Shown in pieces: positions 29,517 through 40,000 of a stretch of DNA of 64,000 bases. Origin of the DNA: a virus (taxonomy: Duplodnaviria; Caudoviricetes); IMG/VR virus record IMGVR_UViG_3300030330_006525, positions 121,579 through 185,578 of that record; one strand, given 5' to 3'. The position numbers and the translations under genes are program-made. The first letter of the stretch is position 1. Each line of letters starts with the position of its first letter. Below the pieces are notes generated by a model, which was not told the DNA's origin, did not search any database, and saw only the letters and a list, made by a program, of their open reading frames with translations.

Positions 29517-31816
29517 TTATGAACCCTAAATTTAAACCTTTCTTTTTGTTCTGTGTACGTACCATTAACATCATACATAAAACAAATATTGTAAGTAAAA
29601 TCTTCCTTCAACAGTGACATGTCGAAATCAAAATAATTGCCAAAATTATCGTATGAAAGACGACTATACCCCAAACTGCCGGTTGAATATCCGACCACTT
29701 CTAAGTTATCTGTTTCTCTTTCTATTTTATAATAGCCTTTTATTATTGGATATAACTCAGGCGTATTTTGTGCAACTGAATATATGTTTGGTTGCCAATT
29801 ATTTTCTCTAACCGATACTCTGAATTTTATTCTTTCTTTTCTAGAATAGCTATCTTTCAAGTTTGTTATTGAGGTAACAAACTTATCTTGAGGTCCAATG
29901 CCAGAATTATGAATATTTTGATTCATTGTATAGAATTGCTTTATATTAACTGGGCATGTTCCATTATGACCCTTTAAAAGCCCTGTAGTTTCATCTGAAA
30001 TCCACCATTTTTCGTACAAAGTAGATGATGTAACGTTTGTAGGCACAATAAAACTGGCTTTATAGGTGCCAGTTGCAGTCTTAGTGCTTGTTATGAAACT
30101 AGCAGTGTTCTGTAAAGTCGAAACAGGAAATGAAGTGCCAACATTTGCAGAAGAAGACGTAACAGTAACAGTACCAGCTGAATCATGTGTCAATCTGAGT
30201 GTAGAGCCAGAAACCACAGCTGTCACATTAACAGCTGTGCCGAACGTAGTGTCATTGATTGCTGCAGCCAATCTTGTTAGGGCAGTAGCAACAGTCGGAT
30301 TACTCTCCATTTGAACTTGCGATGCGTTGCCGGCGGCACCGTTTTTGAACGTTACTACTCTAGAATTTGTGCCGTCATTAATTGTTAGTGTGGCATCTGC
30401 AATATCAGGGGAAGTAGCATCAATGTTAGATCCGGGAGGTGAGAGCTTCTTGCCCAATACAACGTCTAGCCTCACATCAGTCGTATCTGTGGCCAATGTT
30501 GACTTATTACCAAGTGTTTTATCTGTTGTCAATGTAAAATTTGGAACAGCAGAATTAGGAAAATCCTTTAATTGACCATTGACCCAGTTATAATAATATA
30601 GATTGAAAGTATTATCTGCATTACTTAATTGGCTATTTGCAGTTGAAAGCCTGGCTCTATCATCAAGAATTGAATTATCCCAACGAGCTTCAATCGCTGG
30701 TCGTTTGAAAAAGAATTCAGAACTTCTAGCAAAAAATTTCTTTGTATAAAAAGACCTCTGGTATGTTCCGTCTTCGTAGGCTCCCGACAAAAATATACCT
30801 AAACCAAAGTTTTCTAGCGCCGACTTTGATGCTGTCCCTGTTCTAGTTAAATTACTTAATAACTCTTCGACCAAAGCTGTTATGTCCAACTCAATATCTT
30901 CTGTACCTTTATCTATTGGAAATTTATAAAGGGGTAAAGTTTGACCAGAGGTGTATGCCAAACTCTTGAAATCTCCACCTGGAGTTTGCCATGGAGTGTA
31001 ATTTGAGCCAGTTCTTATTGTAAAAAACTGAATCTGGTCGGGAGTTTGGTCAATTAATGTAGCCGATGCCGTTGGCTGGCGAGATATACCAGCTGTGGTG
31101 TTTAAAACCTCTATAAATCTATTGCTTGCATCAGCAGTTGAGAAGGAGCTTGAAAACTCTGTTCTGTTATTGATTACGGTATTAAAAGTTGTGATTAAAG
31201 CATTAATGTCTGCAGCAGAAGAGATATCTACACGTATATCAGCTTCAGCACCGGCATTTGGTGGTGAGTCATTGCCAGTATCAAACCAAAAATCATACCT
31301 TTTCTTTTCACCATCATAAAGAGATATATAACCATCGTCAAAATGAGACATGGTAGCTGATTTAAATAATATTTTGAGCCGCTGAGCAACGTTATCAAAA
31401 GAAGCAGTAAGCCAGTTTGTTACACCTTTGTGTGTGTAAGACTCCATATCAAGGCCGTATCCCTCGTCCCAAGAAGCCCCTGAAACTGGGAGTACTGTTA
31501 AGAAATAATTCGATGGTAGAGTCTGTGAATGTTCCGCATTGTACATTCTTAAATAAAAATTAACACTGCCACTAGCAGGTATACCTTCTGGTTTTGCCAA
31601 CCCTACTGTTCTAGAAGAAGAAATTTCAGAAAGAGGGAAATCAATCAATATCCTTGATTTCTCCAAAGAACCAGAACTTGCTTGACCAAATATGGAAAAT
31701 GTTTCCAAAATATCAGAATTACCCATATTTGCATCTGTACCTCTAGTAGAGAGGTTAGATTTGAAAGCATTTGTTATAGTTGTATCTTTGTTTATAAAAA
31801 ACTTTTTAATACTCAT
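29513..31816 (-). CDS. Baseplate-associated structural protein (DNRLRE/CBM-like N-terminal domain plus inserted modules)
   Basis: 767 aa. KDTTI..NMGNSDILE..SRILIDF..W.EG.G..RPAIEARWD pattern. Sits between the gp6-like and gp7-like genes. Shares a module with the 5829-aa protein. Confidence 0.55.
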   Translation of the reverse strand: MSIKKFFINKDTTITNAFKSNLSTRGTDANMGNSDILETFSIFGQASSGSLEKSRILIDFPLSEISSSRTVGLAKPEGIPASGSVNFYLRMYNAEHSQTLPSNYFLTVLPVSGASWDEGYGLDMESYTHKGVTNWLTASFDNVAQRLKILFKSATMSHFDDGYISLYDGEKKRYDFWFDTGNDSPPNAGAEADIRVDISSAADINALITTFNTVINNRTEFSSSFSTADASNRFIEVLNTTAGISRQPTASATLIDQTPDQIQFFTIRTGSNYTPWQTPGGDFKSLAYTSGQTLPLYKFPIDKGTEDIELDITALVEELLSNLTRTGTASKSALENFGLGIFLSGAYEDGTYQRSFYTKKFFARSSEFFFKRPAIEARWDNSILDDRARLSTANSQLSNADNTFNLYYYNWVNGQLKDFPNSAVPNFTLTTDKTLGNKSTLATDTTDVRLDVVLGKKLSPPGSNIDATSPDIADATLTINDGTNSRVVTFKNGAAGNASQVQMESNPTVATALTRLAAAINDTTFGTAVNVTAVVSGSTLRLTHDSAGTVTVTSSSANVGTSFPVSTLQNTASFITSTKTATGTYKASFIVPTNVTSSTLYEKWWISDETTGLLKGHNGTCPVNIKQFYTMNQNIHNSGIGPQDKFVTSITNLKDSYSRKERIKFRVSVRENNWQPNIYSVAQNTPELYPIIKGYYKIERETDNLEVVGYSTGSLGYSRLSYDNFGNYFDFDMSLLKEDFTYNICFMYDVNGTYTEQKERFKFRVHK

Positions 31817-33612
31817 TATTTAACTATTCCAACTATATCATCAAAAGGGTACTTAACTTCTAATACCATGTCACTTTCCACAGAAAGAATTGTCCCTTCT
31901 GCAGACATATTAGATTCTATTGGGTGTTCTACATCACTATAAATACCACCCACTTTGTTTATTAATTTAACATTGAGTACATCAATTACACCATCAACGT
32001 TCCTTAAAATTCTTATTATATCTGTGGTATAAAATGGTTCTCCAATTTCTTTTGGAATTTCTAATTCATCAACAATCTCATTTATGCACCTTATGCGGGC
32101 GTCTTCTTTGTTCACTTCTCTTTCAACTCTTATCTCAAATTCAATACATATATTAACTACAGATGCGTCTATAATGTCAGCAGTGTCGTTTATCATTTTA
32201 ATATTATTTAAGTAATTTCTTAAATTATTTTTTAAAGTTTCGTTAGTAGCTATGAATTTTCCATTTGCGTCTTCCGCTAATACGTAGATTTTTAAATTTC
32301 TTCTACCGCTATCAACGTCTCTTTCTATAGAGCATCGCTTTACTGCGCCAAACTGTGCCGGCATAGAATATACAGCCGCTTTATAATCTTGAATTGTAAC
32401 TGCTCTATTTTGCATAGCATAAATATCAATAGCGCGTCTTTTTATTTCTTCAGTTGTAGGAGTTGAAATATCTCCCAAGATAGGCTCCGGATTGTCTACT
32501 TCTATATTTGAAATAATGTATTGTCTGACAGCAAAATTTAAGTCTGATTGATTTTTAAATCTAACTTTAGTTTTAGTTATTTCTGTAATTTGACTGGTAC
32601 CTACGTTGACATTTTCATTTGTATTTTTCCTGTAAGTAACAACCAAAGTTGTATTCGCCGGAGCAACTCCAAATTTATCAGTTTTTGTTATTCTTATTGG
32701 GTCAAAGGAACTATCAGTCACATATGTTCTTCCATCGACTTGCAAAGCAATATCAGCCGGGTCAACTAAAGATTTGTTTTTTAGTTCTTCTTCTGAGCCG
32801 TATCCAAATTGTAATACTGTCCTGTCTCTTTTTTGCTCTACAACAAACCTTCTAGGTACCGCAAATGGCTTAAAAATAGAAGGCACTGTTTCTTTATTAT
32901 CTCCTAAGTTCGGTATTGCTTTATAAATAATATTTTGAGAAAGATAATCTACTTCAAAATATTCCTTACCTTCTGAATCAAATACTGATACAACTTCTCC
33001 AATATCGGTCCCTACAATTGTGGCTTTTTTGAATCTTTCGAAATCACCTATAACAATCTCTTCTTCAACTAATTCTCCGGATACAACTCGACCATGAGCG
33101 CGTAATAAATAATAAGTTACAACACCGTTGTCATCACGTTCATAAACCTCTCTATCTCCATATCCAGCAGATTCAAAACTTACATTTTCTACTAATGTAA
33201 ACATTGTTCCATTGGTAGACTGCAAAGTTGTACCCGCCAGAATGATAGGGAAGTACGATTCATTGGGGCCGCCGGTTATAGTTGATGCCGGGACAGCGAC
33301 ATAAAAATCACAGATACCAGTTGAAGAAGGACTATTCCTGTATTTATATCCTAACTGATTGGCGTGATTTAGAACGTTTTCATATTCAATAGAAGTTTCT
33401 AAAAAGGATTCATTAACACTATAATCTAAATAAAAGGACAACATATCGCCAACATAAGCGACAGTATCTAACATTAAAGAACCAAAGGAGGCATCATTAA
33501 AATCTTTAAAAGTATTTGGATAATATCTTTTAGCATGGTCCACTAGGTCTTTTTTGATTGAATGAAAATCTCTACTAGTATATTTGACCGGAACTATTTT
33601 TTTTCTTGACAT
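31816..33612 (-). CDS. Baseplate wedge subunit (T4 gp6 / baseplate J-like)
   Basis: YTSRDFHSIKKDL..FKDFNDASFGSLMLDTVAYVGDMLSFYLD, LQFGYG, and QNRAVTIQDY motifs. Follows the gp25-like gene. Confidence 0.9.
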   Translation of the reverse strand: MSRKKIVPVKYTSRDFHSIKKDLVDHAKRYYPNTFKDFNDASFGSLMLDTVAYVGDMLSFYLDYSVNESFLETSIEYENVLNHANQLGYKYRNSPSSTGICDFYVAVPASTITGGPNESYFPIILAGTTLQSTNGTMFTLVENVSFESAGYGDREVYERDDNGVVTYYLLRAHGRVVSGELVEEEIVIGDFERFKKATIVGTDIGEVVSVFDSEGKEYFEVDYLSQNIIYKAIPNLGDNKETVPSIFKPFAVPRRFVVEQKRDRTVLQFGYGSEEELKNKSLVDPADIALQVDGRTYVTDSSFDPIRITKTDKFGVAPANTTLVVTYRKNTNENVNVGTSQITEITKTKVRFKNQSDLNFAVRQYIISNIEVDNPEPILGDISTPTTEEIKRRAIDIYAMQNRAVTIQDYKAAVYSMPAQFGAVKRCSIERDVDSGRRNLKIYVLAEDANGKFIATNETLKNNLRNYLNNIKMINDTADIIDASVVNICIEFEIRVEREVNKEDARIRCINEIVDELEIPKEIGEPFYTTDIIRILRNVDGVIDVLNVKLINKVGGIYSDVEHPIESNMSAEGTILSVESDMVLEVKYPFDDIVGIVK

Positions 33613-33638
33613 TGCTTTTAAAAATCCCTATTTTAATC

Positions 33639-33646
33639 TAAATAGT
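33639..33646 (-). promoter_or_regulatory. Candidate late-promoter motif ACTATTTA
   Basis: In the 35-nt gap upstream of the gp6-like gene; identical to the copies at 3679 and 46749. Confidence 0.5.
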
Positions 33647-33647
33647 T

Positions 33648-34046
33648 TTAAACTTTATTTTCTGGTATGTTAATAGACAATACATCCTCTTCTGCTAGAG
33701 GATTTATATAGTAAACTATTTGTATATTTAAAGTGTTAATATTATTTTTTAAGTCATTAGTTCCGTCGTCAAAATAAAAATCTTTTAAACTTAAAAACGG
33801 CATGTACGTCTGTAGTTGAGTTTCGATACGACTTCCTATTTCTAGAACTACACTTCTGTCATTTGGCTCAAATAAAAACCGTTCTAAACCCACTCCAAAA
33901 TTAGGGTCCATAATTCTCTCTCCAGGTATTGTTAATAAAAGCATTGTTAAATTTTGCTTAACAACATCCTTTAGTTCTTTTAGAGAAGTGTATGGCCCTT
34001 CTATAGGGCTAAGAGTAAGTGGTAATTTTGGTGATAAACCTGCCAT
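33648..34046 (-). CDS. Baseplate wedge/sheath initiator (GPW/gp25 family)
   Basis: VKQNLTMLLLTIPGERIMDPNFGVGLERFLFEP is the characteristic gp25 motif; 132 aa. Confidence 0.92.
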   Translation of the reverse strand: MAGLSPKLPLTLSPIEGPYTSLKELKDVVKQNLTMLLLTIPGERIMDPNFGVGLERFLFEPNDRSVVLEIGSRIETQLQTYMPFLSLKDFYFDDGTNDLKNNINTLNIQIVYYINPLAEEDVLSINIPENKV

Positions 34047-34063
34047 ATTTTAATTATCCTTAT

Positions 34064-37000
34064 TTAACAAGAATTCTCATCTTTTTCTGTATTTGGTACA
34101 CTTTCATCGCTTGTTCTATCACATGGATCAGATTCGCCACTTGCGCTAGATTCCGGTGAAGATACTCCTTCATCACATGGACCTGGCAACATATTATCTG
34201 GAGTTATACTCTCATTTGCACATGTGGTCTTGTACCTGCCAATATCACCCGGAAGTTCGTTAACGCCCATCACTAGAAGACCTGTTGGTGTTAAAAAGGA
34301 GCCATAAGCGTTATTTGCAGGCCCCAACAACCCACCACAACCAGATGCTAGGTCCGAAGCTAATTGAGCTTCTGGGGGGAGAACTCCTGAATTTATTACA
34401 CCGTTAACCATCTTTGTTAAAGATGATTTAAATCTTGGATAATTTATAATAAAAGGTGGAAATGGAACAAAACTTGTAAAAAAGTCTAATGGAAATGCAA
34501 TATTAATTGGAGCGTATGTCCTATTGCCACTCTCATCTTCCAATATACCATAATCTAATTCTTTAGTATCTGTAAAATATTGCATTTCTTTAAATGAAAT
34601 ACCATTTAGTTTACAAGAATCCACCTTCTTTTTCATATCCCTGTAAGCTGGGTCTGTAGCTTGAGCAAAAGTTCTAGGAACTTTTATCAAAAATTCTTTC
34701 GCTTGCCTAGCTATCATCTTATCGAAATTTGCAAAAAATCCACCTAAAGCTTTAATGCGCGGTGGAAGTTTAAAACCATCAGAACCGTGGCCTTCTTGCA
34801 TAGATTCTTGCAAGGCCGGCGAACAGGCGTTTAGAGCTTGAACTAGTGTATTTTCTGGGTCATTATGAGTTATGTCAGACACCATCGAAGCAACAGATAT
34901 ATTTGAAAGTATTAGCCCTTTTGATGAACCAAATATATCTATAATTTCTGGCTTTGTTGATAGGGCGAACATAGAAAATACACCACAAACATCAAATATT
35001 CTTTGTATTGGAAAACTGTACTGCATTATTCTTTTATAGTTTCTTTCTTCAGATAATTTGTTTTTTAAATAATTGAAATTTTCTTCATAGGATTGATAAA
35101 CATCTCTTATATTAAAACACGCATAAGGGTTATCTTCGTCAAATGGTATTTTCTCTTCATAAAAAGCAAAAGGAATAGCTGACCTAAAATGTGTATTATT
35201 TTCAATATCTTGAAATGGAAGCATAAAAGATTTTTGTTCTTCAACAACTTTGTAAAATCCGCTATTTCCATCGCCCGCGCCTTCACCGCTAATACCTAGG
35301 TGGTCAAAAATGCGCTGACTATTATTTTCGTCCATGACGCCGACTAGTCTGACTCCTAAGTGTAAGCCACCAAAAATAACTTTGAAAAAAGTAGCTCTTA
35401 TTATCTCATTTATATCGCCATCTTCTGTTTCGGGAGATAAAATATTATCAATTGCTGCCAAGGTAAAAATCTGATTGTATTGAATAGAATTTTGAATTTG
35501 TATATGAGCCCTAAACTTTTTTATATCATATAATACCCAGGCATATGAATTATTTGTATCATCCAACATTCTTGCGTATGTTTCTTCTTCAAAGGGGTTA
35601 ACATCCTTTACTTTAAACTTTAGCATATGCCTAGCAATACTTTCACGTTTGCTTTGATAAGCACGTTTTACTGCGGGTACGTCGCTGTTTCTAAGGGCAC
35701 CACCACTGTTGCTGTCTGCCCAGACCATTGATATATTTTTATATGTAGGGCGAATCTTAAAATGCTTTGCTGAAACTCCCTCTTCTTTTATGGCTTTTGC
35801 GATATCTTGTGAAGCCGCCGCATTGGCAAGACTCGTGACCGCGATGTTAATATTTGATGGATTTTCATCGTTGGTTGGGCCACCATACACTCTTTCAACT
35901 TGAATCGAATTAATCCAGTCTTTATTCGATGTCCTTCCATAGATACCATCAAATGTTGTTCGATCAACATAATAATTTATATAATTCATTACAAAACCAA
36001 ACAAATTTTCCGTAACAGCACCCCATTCCACACTAGGGCGACTACTACTATAATCCCTATAAACATCTCTTGGGTCTGTATTGAGACGATAAACTGTGCT
36101 TTCTCTGGCTAAATCTGATGACCTCATAACCCTGTATTTTGGGTGAAAATAATTATTTTGCTCTTGTAGCGATATATTAGTATCAAAATAAAATGTGCCG
36201 GCTGTATGAAGTGCCCCGGTGCTGCGGCGAATTGGGGATTTTAATAAGTACCCGGGATGCTCTATAAAAAGTTTATCATAATGCTTTTCATGATTTCTAC
36301 CCACTATAAAATTAGAATGAGCAATATCCCATTTCGCATTATTTGTCCACTCATAAAATGCAGCTGTACCATATAATCTTGCAATAGTAAATTTACATGG
36401 AGCATAATTAGCCCTATTGCTAGTCCTGGGATTTTTATCTTTGAACATATCTTCTAAACTATCAATGTGACCTCCTGCTAACAAAACCCTAAAAACTCCA
36501 CACTGATGTTCGAATGCTTGCCTAAGTAACCGAGTTTTTTTCTGAGTTGCGATTGCGAGGTCGCTTGCTTCTCCTCTTGTTGGAAGTGCTTGAAGAACAG
36601 AGGGCACAACATAATTTGCGAACAACTGTGTATCTTTTATAGTTGTGCCATGCATATAATCTATTCTGCGACAAAGCACCTTAATTGGAGACATTAGTTT
36701 ATTTCTTTGTCTTATGTCCCTCTCGTACCCGGTTGCTTTTGTAGCCCTAGATAGAGGATAGGCAACTCTCAAAACTTGAGGGGTATTTTCAAAATTAATA
36801 TTCTCTACATTAAAAAAGTTTCTAGTGTTTAGAGGAGTAGGAGGCAAGCCACCTAACAAAGCATAAAACTCTTGACTTATATGACCAGCATCTTGAGCAA
36901 CAGAAAATTCATTTTTAATATCTTCCCTGCTTCTTATACGACCATCGACCATCCCAATTAATATAAAACCCAACATTCTAGGTGGTAAATTGTTATCCGC

Positions 37001-40000
37001 TCCAAGATGATTCATATCGTTCACCCGACTTTCTCGGGCTTCTTTATACCGAGCGGCAATTCGGTTTGCATCCGGTGGTACATTTCTACCGGTGGTGCCA
37101 CCGACACGCATTTTCTTTGTAGTTGCATCCCTTTGTTGTCGTCTCCATTCTGTGGCCACAGTTTTAATAGTATTGAACACTTCTTGGGAAATATCATAAA
37201 AAACGCTAGGGCCACTATAAGACGTAGCTCCGCCGGCAAAAAGTTGAGTAGTGCCTGCCGCCCTTGCGGTATTGTGAGTCATTGCTTCACCTAAACAGGC
37301 ACCGTATATATCATCTGAATCTCGGTCAACAGTCCAAGTACCTGTGAGCTGGTCCGAATCTCCGGCGACTAATGGAGCGCGACTATAAAGACCATACCTT
37401 GTAATTGTTCTACTATCGGATTGATGCTCGCCTCCAGAAGTTGGCGCAGGGCCTTGAACCGTTAAACCGGTAAGATTCATAAACTCACCAACGGTTACAC
37501 TCGGCAGAACACCTTCGTTATCAAAAGTCTCTCCATAATGTGCAAAAGGATAAGTTTTAATATGAAACACATATTCAGTCCAAACTTCATACGTATTTTC
37601 TGTAATGCCTAAATCTCTTTGAGAGTCACTAACCGGAACAGTCGCCCTAGCAAACTCTTCTTCTGAAAGTTCAACTACAGTTGGGTTTGTTTCGGGATTT
37701 AAATCATTTTGGTCGTAAAAATTAGAAACCACTCTTCCCGATTCATCAGGAACCGAGTACTTGATTTTCTTAAGCTTTAAACCTTTTTTAACCTTATCAT
37801 TATCAAAAAGCGTATCAAGTTCCACGCCATGGCCAATATTATAGAATTTTCTAAACTGTTCTAAAACTCTATCATCGCTCATAATACTTTCTTTTGTAAA
37901 GAAGCCAGCTGTAGAATCAACACCTATTTGAGAAAATATATCGCTAAGATTGGTTTGTATTTTATAATATTTTGGCGCTGATTCAAAGCCACGCTTGAAA
38001 GGGCGATTACTAAAAGGGACATCAATATAACGCGCTAGATTATTGATCCAGTGATGAATTGTTGAATCTCTTTCTTTGAAAGTTCTGGCAGTCTTTATGC
38101 TGTGGCCACCACCGGAACTGTTGCCCTCCATTGGATTTAATTCTATATGTATTCTTCTTCGCATAATATGCTTTATCGGATACAGTGGTCTAGTTGTTGC
38201 TTCTTCTGATATTCCCAATGGGCGTCTAAGCAAGTTTGCAATTCGGTCTTTTCTTATTATTAAGCCGTCAAAGAACCCTTGAAGCTCTTGTGGGCTGAAA
38301 ATTTCGCGTTTTCTATTGGAATCAGTCACTTTTTTATCTAAATGATGAATAGCTCGCTTTATGTCGTTATCTTCAGTGAGTGCTCGCATTATTCTGTCTA
38401 CTTCACGGTCTCCCTGAAATTCGTCAAATTGCTCTCGTGTTAATAACCCTTCTTCTTCTAATACTTGTGTTTTTGCTTTGCCAACAATATTACTGGCAAG
38501 TGCTGCTCTTAAATGCTGCTTAAATACATCAATTAGTGAATTATTATATAAGCCTTTATATTTAAAATATTTTTCCAAATAAAAGAACGGTTTATTAGCA
38601 CCAACCAACAACTTTAGTTGTTTTGTGCCCGTTTGAGAATTTGGGTCTAATACTGATTTAGTTAGTCTTTCGGATGTTGGGATTGTTTGACCAACTGGCG
38701 GATATTTGTTGAAAACATATGCAGACTCTAATGAGTTTAAAAAGTTGTTTTGTACATCTAAATCTATTTTTTCATTGCCAAATATAAAATTTATATTTTC
38801 TTTTAAATCATTTATTTGGTCATTAACTATTTTTTTAATAGCTCTTGTATCGTCGTTAATATTTGTTATTTTTTTAATAGCATCCATAACAACACTAACA
38901 TACTTCTCTCCAACTAATTCTGTTATGTTTTGTCGTATATAAACTGAAAACATGTTTACATAACTTTCTTCAGCTAGAGCCTCTACATTGGAAAAGCTAG
39001 ACATTGTTATTGAAGATCTTAAGGTAAACTCAATAACATAAATTCTAATCAAAAATTCAGATAATCCCAAAATCATACCCTTTTCAACTGGGCCTGATTC
39101 TGTAAAATCATATGTATATGGGTCATATTCTGAGCTGTTGAATTCTTGTTCAATTCTTTGAGCAATTTTCTTTGGTAAATCATCAACACCAAAAGTGTCA
39201 AAAGCAGAAACTATACAATTATTACCATCAGTATGCTCTATTCTCAACAAGCGTGCTGCCAAACCTCTAACGTAATCATTATCAAATATTTTAGACTCCC
39301 TATACTGACCTAAGATAAATTCGAATAAAGTTTCATAAAAAGTCATTCTTGTGTCTTCTATTTTATCTATCAGCCCTACTCCGTTGTCGTCTAGTGTCAT
39401 TACATTTGTTGTTAAATTTTCTTCTTGGCTTCGATATCTCTGAGCCACAGCTGCACCCGCATCGCTCTCAGAGACCCAATTATATTCTTCTAGTTCTTCA
39501 TCATATACTCTAATAAAGCTAGTATCTTTTGGATAGGTTTCTAGAATAGCATTTTTAAAAGAATCTTGAGCAACTCGGGCAAAAACTCTTGATTTCTTAC
39601 CGCGTGTTCCACCATATTCCCGATTCAAAGAGAGGCCTTCTTCTGAAGGTGCTGGGTCGCAGGCATCTATAATCACTTCAGTGTTGGTAAAATTATCTCT
39701 ACTAATTGTTATTCTATATCTGTCAGCTTCTTCAGGTGGGCCTTCTCTGGCCAACTCTTCATAAGATATGATATTTGGAACTTCACCGGTACCCAAATCA
39801 GGAAGAGAAAAGTTAATTTTTACTTCACCTTGTTCGTCACTAAAGTCGACAACCTCCCTAAAGGCGTTAGGGACTTCTTCTTGATTTTCTGCTATTGCCT
39901 CTCTCTTTAGTTCTTCTTCCGGAGAAAAAACACTTTTTATAGCTGGTAATAATTGGCCTTCAAACTTTCTTTTCAGATTGACCGTCAGATGATTTAAAAT

